Below are positions 17,881-24,905 of a stretch of DNA of 64,000 nucleotides, in pieces (position 1 is the first letter of the stretch; each line of letters starts with the position of its first letter). The notes beneath the pieces are model-generated. The model made no database searches. It worked only from the letters and a program-made list of their open reading frames with translations, and was not told where the DNA came from. The stretch covers positions 2,404 to 66,403 of IMG/VR virus record IMGVR_UViG_3300046517_001051; one strand, given 5' to 3'. Source of the stretch: a virus. The translations under genes were made by a program, and so were the position numbers.

Positions 17881-18300
17881 CTAGAGCGTCATCGACTTCT
17901 CGAAGTCGCTCATGTCGATGCCGGCCGCCTTCGCGGCTTCGATCGCGGCCTTGGCCGCGTTGGCGAGCTTCATGACCTTCTTCAGGGTCGCGCGCTTCGC
18001 CGGGTCGGCGATCGACAGGCCGCTCTTCAGCTCGCGTTCGAGCCGGTCGGCCAGAGCCAGCTTCTCGTTCGCGGCTTGGCGCAGCTTCGAGATGCGGTAC
18101 TCGGCCCAGAGCGTGTCGGAGGCGAACTCCGCGCGGGTGAGCGGCTCGAACTTCGAGCTGTCATAGTTCATCGCGACGACGTCCGAGGACGTCAGGGCAT
18201 TCTTGTCGTTCAGGAACTTGCGGTCCACCACGGTGACGAAGCTGGCCCGGGGTGCCTTGGACGTCTTGTCGGTCTTCTCGACGGTCGCTGTTGCTGACAT
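17881..18300 (-). CDS. Lys/Ala-rich hypothetical protein, apparently with its own promoter
   Basis: AGGAG RBS, upstream AT-rich promoter (TATAGT -10), downstream terminator. Confidence 0.75.
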   Translation of the reverse strand: MSATATVEKTDKTSKAPRASFVTVVDRKFLNDKNALTSSDVVAMNYDSSKFEPLTRAEFASDTLWAEYRISKLRQAANEKLALADRLERELKSGLSIADPAKRATLKKVMKLANAAKAAIEAAKAAGIDMSDFEKSMTL

Positions 18301-18354
18301 TCTTGTGAGTCTCCTGTATGAGGGAGGTGTTTTGGTGACAGATCAGGTAGGGCG

Positions 18355-18437
18355 GCGACTATACTGCGGTCGTCGCTGAAGAAAAGAACTTTCGCAGAAA
18401 AGTTTCGGTCCTAAACCTCTTAGCGGTCGGGATCTAG
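18355..18437 (-). promoter_or_regulatory. Putative sigma70-like promoter with 27-bp spaced palindrome
   Basis: Minus strand reads TTTTCT-N16-TATAGT; palindrome at 18411-18437. Confidence 0.45.
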
Positions 18438-18994
18438 GTCCGCAGCTCATTAGCGTTGGAGAATCCGGCCTTGTGCGCGGGGGCGTCGTGGGCTCCGTCG
18501 CCCCAGCATTCGGCGCAGGTCGCGGTCGTCGCGACGTTCGGCCCGTAGCACAGTAGCGTCGCCGGCTCCACGAGGCAAAGCTGGCATGGCGTCGCGCTTG
18601 TTCCAACAGGGGACTCAAAGCTCACTGGGCGCACCGGGAGGTCCTCGACCTTCGTGATGGAGACGGTCCCTTCCAGGATTTGCTTCGCCTGCGCCTGGCG
18701 AGGAAGCTGACGGGTCTCAACCATCTCGTCCTCGACCAGCATGAGGTAGCGGCGCAGATCGCGCACGTCATCGATCGCCCCCTCGCGGCGCGTGTCGAGT
18801 CGGATCGTCTCGAAGATATCGTTGTGAAAGTTCTTGACTCGATTCTCCAGGCGGTCCCACTTGCGGGCCAGAACAAAAAATGCTCCGCTCCCGCCACGCC
18901 TCTTCCACGAGTCGCCGTAGGACTTCTCCGCATCCACGAGGCCGGCGACGTCCGCCTCTGCGATCTTCTTCAGCCGTTCTTCGAGTCTAGTCAT
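18434..18994 (-). CDS. MazG-like/Nmad1 all-alpha nucleotide pyrophosphohydrolase (dTTP/dUTP removal predicted)
   Basis: 'EKSYGDSWKRRGGSGAFFVLARKWDRLEN...DDVRDLRRYL'. Confidence 0.7.
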   Translation of the reverse strand: MTRLEERLKKIAEADVAGLVDAEKSYGDSWKRRGGSGAFFVLARKWDRLENRVKNFHNDIFETIRLDTRREGAIDDVRDLRRYLMLVEDEMVETRQLPRQAQAKQILEGTVSITKVEDLPVRPVSFESPVGTSATPCQLCLVEPATLLCYGPNVATTATCAECWGDGAHDAPAHKAGFSNANELRT

Positions 18995-19481
18995 CCGACC
19001 TGCTCCATGAGTATGAGTTGATGAACATCTTCATTTCGGCGGGCAGCTCCTTCCGACGGAAGTACTGCCAAGCCTTGTCTCGCATCTTCGCGACGTGCTG
19101 ATTGCCGAGGGCCAGCTGGTCGTCGCACCACATGATCAGCTCCAGGGAGTCCGCGCAGCCGAGCCAGTTCGCCTCCTCGGTGTCCAGCTCCGGCAACTCG
19201 TGGGCCTTGTCTGTTGCCTCATCATCCTCGGCCTGGATCATCCCCTCGTCGAGCATCGGATGCTTCCACTTCGCCGGCGCCGGCACGTCGCCGAGCCAGC
19301 GCTCCAGGTGGTCGTGGCATAGCGCCGCCTCGACGAGCGCGACTGACGGCGACGGATGGAGACACAAGAGGATCTGCGCCACGTTGTAGCAGTGGAGCCC
19401 GACCGAGTAGGACCCGTGGTGCGGTGTCGTGTGGCACCGCTCGACGGCGCCCGACTCCCTGCGGTGTTGGATGCTCTTCAC
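18987..19481 (-). CDS. HD-domain 5'-deoxynucleotidase (YfbR-like)
   Basis: 'VERCHT...SVGLHCY...ALCHDHLE...GDVPAPAK...ADSLE'. Confidence 0.85.
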   Translation of the reverse strand: MKSIQHRRESGAVERCHTTPHHGSYSVGLHCYNVAQILLCLHPSPSVALVEAALCHDHLERWLGDVPAPAKWKHPMLDEGMIQAEDDEATDKAHELPELDTEEANWLGCADSLELIMWCDDQLALGNQHVAKMRDKAWQYFRRKELPAEMKMFINSYSWSRSDD

Positions 19482-20500
19482 TTCGGCAGCTCGATCTTCG
19501 GGAACTCGTTGGGAGCATCCTTGGCTGCCTTCGTGTCGGCACGCTGCGCCAGCCAACCTTCACAGGCGACCTTCCAGTCACTCTTGGGGTCCGTGTCTGC
19601 GTGCCACTTCGGCTCGCGGGTCTCCCACATCTCGCGCATCGGCTCGGCGATCGTCTTGAAAAAGTGCGACTTCTGGCAGACACCCCCGCACATGAAGATC
19701 AGCAGCTCGTCGTCCCACTCGGCGAGCGGCAGGTCGACGATCGGCGTGCTGTTGACCTTCCGGTTGTAGGGGTTCTCTGGATAGTCGTATCCGTCGGAGG
19801 AGAGGTCCGCCATCGCGTACATCAGGTTCCAATGTCTCTCGTAGACGTGGGCGTTGTTACTGATCTGCGTGTAGGTCCCGATCGGGATGCCGATGCCGGC
19901 AGCGAGGTACTCCTGGAGGACGCTGAAGTGCACCGCGTTCGCGCCGTAGCAACCCCAGATGAGGTCGTTGCTGCGGCAGAACACCGTCATGTCGAGTTCC
20001 CCGCCTCCGGCGTTGAACAGCGCGTTGAGGTTGCACGGCACATCCTTCGTCCCCGCCTCGACGGCTCGGGGATCCCCCCAACCGTCCCACATCGAGAGGA
20101 CCTGTCGGCGGTCGTAGGGGTCGCGGGCCAGAGCCTCGATGATCACTGACAGTTGGTCTCGACCGTTGAAGTGCTTGCGCCACCGGTGGCCGTACGCGCC
20201 GTTGAGCGTGATGCCGTCGTCGCTGTATTCGCGCATCTGCTTCGCGTACTTGGCGACGAAGTCGACGTCTTTCCGGCCCGACAACATCCAGAGGGCTTCC
20301 ATCAGGTGGAAGAACGGATTGGCGTTGCGCTCCTCCCACAGCAGGACGCGGTCCTCTGGGCAGGTGTAGACCGTTGTCAGCGGCTCGGGGAGGACCAGCA
20401 CGCTGCCGTTCCTAGATCCCCTCTTCTCGCCTTGGTCGCTCATCAGCTGGCACGCGGCCGGTAGGGCGACGTGAACGCATTCTGCTTCGATCAGTTTCAT
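19478..20500 (-). CDS. dUMP hydroxymethylase (thymidylate synthase superfamily)
   Basis: 'NPFFHLMEALWML', 'KDVPCN', 'CRSNDLIWGCYGANAVHFS' (Asn suggests dUMP specificity), 'NAHVY'; gene context. Confidence 0.85.
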   Translation of the reverse strand: MKLIEAECVHVALPAACQLMSDQGEKRGSRNGSVLVLPEPLTTVYTCPEDRVLLWEERNANPFFHLMEALWMLSGRKDVDFVAKYAKQMREYSDDGITLNGAYGHRWRKHFNGRDQLSVIIEALARDPYDRRQVLSMWDGWGDPRAVEAGTKDVPCNLNALFNAGGGELDMTVFCRSNDLIWGCYGANAVHFSVLQEYLAAGIGIPIGTYTQISNNAHVYERHWNLMYAMADLSSDGYDYPENPYNRKVNSTPIVDLPLAEWDDELLIFMCGGVCQKSHFFKTIAEPMREMWETREPKWHADTDPKSDWKVACEGWLAQRADTKAAKDAPNEFPKIELPK

Positions 20501-20501
20501 G

Positions 20502-21395
20502 TTAGGTTCCTGTGAATTTCGAGCGGGGCCGACCCTCGCCGTTCTTGACTCGGAGGTATTTGTCCGTCTCGCAGAGCGAATGCTCTATGTCCCGAAGTTC
20601 TAGCTTCGGGAACCCCTCGGGAAGCCGGCTAGGGGCCTCCGGGAGGAGGGATCTCATGAGGGATAGAGCTTCCTCCTTCCGGAAGGGAAAGTCGAGCCTG
20701 CGGCCGAGGAGGCGGTTGAGTCCCCGCAGGGCTCCCGGCCCCGCGTTCGCCCACGTCTCGACGTCCGGCGCCCCGACTAGGTAGCGGGTGTGGCGGAGAT
20801 CGGTGACGACCTCATACGACATGAACGGCCCCCAGCCGTGATAGTTCAGGAGGCGCTCCCAGCATTCTCGCAGCGACCGCTGCCCGGTCTGATCTAGGAA
20901 GTAGGTCCACAGCTCGCGATCGTCCCAGAGTCGGCCGAGGACGATGCGCGCGATGTATTGCTGTTTGGTCCACGAGTACCAGGCGCAGCTGGAGTCCGAC
21001 TCCGCGCGGATCATGTAGGCGCCAGTATAGACTTGGTCGCCGCGAGCCTTGATCCGGTCGAGGACCTGGCCCATGACGTGAGGCTCGAAGCTGTGCATAC
21101 AGGGCCACGAGCCCTCGCTGTTCATCAGCTCGCGCAGCGTCGGTGGGTGGTTGATCGTCCGAGCGATCGCCAGCATGAGCCAGAGGTGTGGGTGCGATGG
21201 CCACATCTCGCGGATGTTCTCGCGGATCCAGACGGTCACCTTGTCCAGCTCGCGGAAGACGTTGCAGAACCGGTATTGCTGGAGGATCGGGTCCGCCGTC
21301 CAGGGCTTTGGTTGCCAGGCGGCGCGGCGGTCGTAGATCGCCTGGCGCTCCGTCATCCAGTACCAGAGAGGCTCGGCATTCACGAGGCCAACCAC
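20502..21395 (-). CDS. aGPT-Pplase1 / 5-hmdU DNA kinase helical-domain protein (HhH glycosylase fold)
   Basis: 'ERQAIY...PWTADPILQQYRFCNVFRELD', 'GPFMSYEVVTDL', 'GPGALRGL', 'DIEHSLCETDKY'. Confidence 0.85.
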   Translation of the reverse strand: MVGLVNAEPLWYWMTERQAIYDRRAAWQPKPWTADPILQQYRFCNVFRELDKVTVWIRENIREMWPSHPHLWLMLAIARTINHPPTLRELMNSEGSWPCMHSFEPHVMGQVLDRIKARGDQVYTGAYMIRAESDSSCAWYSWTKQQYIARIVLGRLWDDRELWTYFLDQTGQRSLRECWERLLNYHGWGPFMSYEVVTDLRHTRYLVGAPDVETWANAGPGALRGLNRLLGRRLDFPFRKEEALSLMRSLLPEAPSRLPEGFPKLELRDIEHSLCETDKYLRVKNGEGRPRSKFTGT

Positions 21396-21949
21396 TTCTC
21401 AATTAGGGCCTTCTCCTCGCCAGTAGGGCCGAGGATGGCGACGCTGATGGAAGGGTGCGCCAATGCGCGCTTCTTCGTCGCCTCGATTGCTCGAACCTTG
21501 TCGCGCACTAGGTCTTCCTTGATCGGCTGCCCGCCGTTGCGCACCTGGATGCGTCGGAGGCACTCCTCGACCGGTGTGTCGAGGTAGGCCCACAGAACTC
21601 GGCGACCGACCGAGGCCATCTCATCGGCGAATGTCGCCCAGGATCCGAAGACTGTTGAGCAGAGGATTCCCTCGGCGAAGACGTTGCCTGTCCCCAGCTC
21701 GAAGGACCGCCGAATCGCCTCGCGCTGGATGTCGAATGCCCGGATGGTGTCGAGGCCCCCAATCTTCTTCGGATCCTCGGGGTACCGCCCCACGAGGACG
21801 TCGCCCTTCAGGTTCATCTGACCGACAACCAGGAGCTTGCGGCTCGGGTCGTTGATGAGGTGCAACTCTAGCCCGTTTGGGAAGAACGACCTTGCCAGTG
21901 TCGACTTGCCAGAGCCATTGGTTCCGCGGATGTTGATGAACGCTCTCAT
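21380..21949 (-). CDS. P-loop kinase, 5-hmdU DNA kinase type
   Basis: 'INIRGTNGSGKST', 'GGLDTI', 'FAEG', 'LDTPVEECLRRIQVR'. Confidence 0.85.
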   Translation of the reverse strand: MRAFINIRGTNGSGKSTLARSFFPNGLELHLINDPSRKLLVVGQMNLKGDVLVGRYPEDPKKIGGLDTIRAFDIQREAIRRSFELGTGNVFAEGILCSTVFGSWATFADEMASVGRRVLWAYLDTPVEECLRRIQVRNGGQPIKEDLVRDKVRAIEATKKRALAHPSISVAILGPTGEEKALIEKWLAS

Positions 21950-22353
21950 GACAGCAGCGCCTCGCGGAGGCCCCGGGCCTTCAATGTGATCTCGGTCATG
22001 ACCGCGTCAAACTCTTTTGAATCCCCGGCCAGCCAATTCGGATCTTTGATATCCAGGCGGATCCTGCGCTGAGGGATGGGAAGATTGGAAGACCACAACT
22101 CTATGTTGTTGCGCCGATCCATGAGTATCATGACGTCGGCTGCTTGGATCATCTCTGCACTCACCTGCTGGCTGCGGTGCTGTCCAAGGTCGATGTCGTG
22201 GACTCGCAGCATCCACCGCCGCACTTTCGCCGCCGCCTTGCGGCCGCCAGGGAGGAAGCCAGCACTGGTGACGGTGAGCGGTGGCCCGCTGATGAGCGCC
22301 GCGACGGCGGGAGAACGGCACACGTTGCCGTGGCACAGGACTAGGACGTGCAA
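21946..22353 (-). CDS. Low-molecular-weight protein-tyrosine-phosphatase/ArsC-fold phosphatase
   Basis: CX5R loop 'VLCHGNVCRSP', 'SAG', 'HRSQQV', 'IKDP'. Confidence 0.9.
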   Translation of the reverse strand: MHVLVLCHGNVCRSPAVAALISGPPLTVTSAGFLPGGRKAAAKVRRWMLRVHDIDLGQHRSQQVSAEMIQAADVMILMDRRNNIELWSSNLPIPQRRIRLDIKDPNWLAGDSKEFDAVMTEITLKARGLREALLS

Positions 22354-23237
22354 GCTAGGATCTCCTTGATGTTGGCCTCGACCTGATCACGGCTCAGCAC
22401 GCCGTTGTGGCAGGTCTTCCGCCACCCCTGCTCCAGTCGGTGCTGGTAGGGCTCGAACTTCGGGAACTCGGAGTTGGCATGTTCGGCCAGCAGCGCCACG
22501 ATGGGACGGTCTTCCAGGGCAGCAACGAGAAAGTCTCGGCACCAACTGACGCACGTCTTGACGACGCTCGGTCTCAGGGTCCCCGGGAAGTGCCGGAACT
22601 CGATGGTTGGAACATCCTCCCGGAGGTGTCGGAGGTTCACGGCGCAGCGCTGAGTCAGGTGCCACTGTGGCTTGCCCTCATGGGACCTCGGGCACTCTGC
22701 CGCGAAGAACTCTTCTGGAGTCTCCGCCCCCATCTGAGCCCGCTGACGATCGGCGGTGAGGATCGTCTGGTGGCTCTTGTGGCGCCGCCGGTACCTCTTC
22801 ATCGCGCCGTTCATCTCATCACTGGCACTGTAATCCCTACGCTGCGGCATGGGGATCGGCTCGATGAGGGCGAAGACCTCCCGAAGGTGCTTGAAGCAGT
22901 ATGCCGAAACTCGTTTCAGCGCTGCAAGGTCGTGCTCGATCGCCGGCACCTTCACGTGGACGTGGAGGTTGCTGCGGTAGTTGACCCGGGCCTCGGGGTG
23001 CATGGCCAGGAACGTCGCGAGGTGCTCCGCCTGCCCATCGGGGGTGTGCGTCGGCGGGGTGTTCAGCTCACCACCAAGGTGGAACACGAGCCCCTTCGGG
23101 TCCACCGCGACGCCGCAGGAGTTCACCATGGTGTAGTCCTTCAGGTCGAGCCCGAAGCCCAGCGGGATGCCGCGCTCGCGGTGCCAATCAACCAGCTCAT
23201 GCTCGCAGCCATACGTCCAGTCTTCTGTGCTGATCAC
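22341..23237 (-). CDS. Putative amidoligase (glutamine synthetase/GCS-fold COOH-NH2 ligase)
   Basis: 'TYGCEHE', 'GGELNT', 'NLHVHV', 'RCAVN', 'TIEFRHFPGT'; GTG start overlaps the upstream TGA. Confidence 0.8.
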   Translation of the reverse strand: MISTEDWTYGCEHELVDWHRERGIPLGFGLDLKDYTMVNSCGVAVDPKGLVFHLGGELNTPPTHTPDGQAEHLATFLAMHPEARVNYRSNLHVHVKVPAIEHDLAALKRVSAYCFKHLREVFALIEPIPMPQRRDYSASDEMNGAMKRYRRRHKSHQTILTADRQRAQMGAETPEEFFAAECPRSHEGKPQWHLTQRCAVNLRHLREDVPTIEFRHFPGTLRPSVVKTCVSWCRDFLVAALEDRPIVALLAEHANSEFPKFEPYQHRLEQGWRKTCHNGVLSRDQVEANIKEILACTS

Positions 23238-24046
23238 CTTGGCATGCCCTCCAAGAATTGCCTCGCCAAGATGCAGTGGGTCGTCCACGGCGCGAGGCCG
23301 TGCCGGATCTCGTCGATGTCCTTCCGCACCTCGTAGTGGCCGCCAACGTGCGACTTCCACTTGCAGAGGATCGTCTCGACCTCCTGCAGTCCGATCGGAC
23401 GGTCGTAGTGCGGCGGGGCGAGACGGCCGGCGAAGTACTCAACAAGGGATCGAGCCGTCGAGCCGACGATATCGAGGGTCGCCGGCCGGCCGCGCATGTT
23501 CCAGAGCAGCACAGCAGCGTCTCGCGGGGCGTCGAACATCAGGACTTCGCTCTCAGCGAAGCTCACCGGGACGCGCAGGACTCGCTCCAGCATGTCGGCG
23601 ACCTTGAACCCAATCCACTCGCCGAAGAGGTAGTGGATCTTGACGCGGCTCATCACCTGCGAGCAAGTCGTCGGGCCGGCGAACCCGGCGCAGTAGTCCG
23701 CCATCACCTCTGGGTGATCCGGGTATCGCTTCCGGAGGCTCTCAACGCACCGGACGGCCGCCGTCCCGCGCATGTGCCGGCGCTCGGCCCCTCGGGGCCA
23801 CCTAGACCCGCAGGGGCTCAGCTCGTCGTTCCGGGCCGCCGTGGTCGCCCTGGCCCAGAATCCCGCCGCATCCGGCGCCTCCGCAAGCCAGGAGGCCGTC
23901 CCCGCATGATAGAAGGCCCAGTAGCCGAGGAGCCATCTCCGGAGGGTCGCCGGCGGCCAGTCGACCCGGGAGAGGGCGAGGTACACGGGGTCGAGGTCCT
24001 CGGTGTCGAGGAGGGCCGTCCCGAAGTCTTCGATGGTCTGGGTCAT
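23234..24046 (-). CDS. Amino acid:DNA transferase (aGPT-Pplase2 clade)
   Basis: 'DLDPVY', 'YWAFYHAG', 'WPRGAERRHMRG', 'FGEWIGFKVADM', 'QEVETILCKWKSH'. Confidence 0.85.
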   Translation of the reverse strand: MTQTIEDFGTALLDTEDLDPVYLALSRVDWPPATLRRWLLGYWAFYHAGTASWLAEAPDAAGFWARATTAARNDELSPCGSRWPRGAERRHMRGTAAVRCVESLRKRYPDHPEVMADYCAGFAGPTTCSQVMSRVKIHYLFGEWIGFKVADMLERVLRVPVSFAESEVLMFDAPRDAAVLLWNMRGRPATLDIVGSTARSLVEYFAGRLAPPHYDRPIGLQEVETILCKWKSHVGGHYEVRKDIDEIRHGLAPWTTHCILARQFLEGMPR

Positions 24047-24381
24047 TCGATCTCCTTGAGCAGCTCGGCGACGTCGGACACGAGGTCTATCGACCTGATC
24101 CCACCAAAGGCATCTATGACCTCATGGCACTCGCGCAGCAGCTCGACCGCGCGCAGGAAGGCTGCGGCGATGCGCGGGGTGTCGTTGCGGGCTGCGGCTG
24201 CGAATCGCGCGTTGTCCGATGCGATGCCGATGTCGGGACTCATGCACTCGGCGATGACGAGCAGGTCGGAGTCTGGCCCACAACGGGTGAGGACACCGCG
24301 TGCGAAGTTGTCCCACGGCCCCGGCGTCGCCTTCTCCGCCAGCGCGATCAGGTCGCGGGCGCGCTGCTGGATGCTGGTCAT
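24043..24381 (-). CDS. Ead/Ea22-like protein
   Basis: 'AEKATPGPW...NARFAAAAR'. Confidence 0.65.
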   Translation of the reverse strand: MTSIQQRARDLIALAEKATPGPWDNFARGVLTRCGPDSDLLVIAECMSPDIGIASDNARFAAAARNDTPRIAAAFLRAVELLRECHEVIDAFGGIRSIDLVSDVAELLKEIE

Positions 24382-24905
24382 GCGTAAGGGATCCATCCGA
24401 GTTCGTGGTCAATCGTCGCGCGGTTCGGCCCCGAGTAGTGAGTGCGGCACACGTCCATCAGCAGTTCCCTCTGGCGTCGCCAGCCCTTGACAATGTCGAA
24501 CACGGTTGCGATGTAACTCTCGTCAAGCGTCATCGTCTCACAATTCGTCAGTCGTTCCGCGAATTTGAGCGCCGCGGGCAAATCGGCGTAGGGACCGTCT
24601 GGTGGAATGTTCCACTTGGGCCGGCACCGGCCACAGGCGGCAACGCTCGGCGCGTGGACCGTCTGGCAGCGCGGGCAGGTCCAGCCATGCGGTGGAGTCA
24701 GTGGTGGCTTGCCCTTGCACACCTGTTCGGCGAGCTGGTTCCAGTTCGCGATTGCACGACGTGGCAGCCTCGCGTGCATGGAGATCACATGCCCCGTCAC
24801 GCCACTGCGATCGCAGCGCACCGTGTAGATGTCGCCCCACTCGTTCCAATGCTGCGTCGGTGCATTCGCGCACCAAGGACACGGGCATGGCTCGACCTTG
24901 CTCAC
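24378..24905 (-). CDS. Lar-like Zn-ribbon protein with second Zn finger
   Basis: 'PCPWC...AIANWN' and 'GWTCPRCQTVHAP...C..C'. Confidence 0.55.
   Translation of the reverse strand: MSKVEPCPCPWCANAPTQHWNEWGDIYTVRCDRSGVTGHVISMHARLPRRAIANWNQLAEQVCKGKPPLTPPHGWTCPRCQTVHAPSVAACGRCRPKWNIPPDGPYADLPAALKFAERLTNCETMTLDESYIATVFDIVKGWRRQRELLMDVCRTHYSGPNRATIDHELGWIPYA

Noticed and set aside
19478-20500. Ordinary thymidylate synthase (thyA)
   Set aside because: Sequence style and context (hmdU kinase, transferase, nucleotide-purging enzymes) indicate a hydroxymethylase; not proven.
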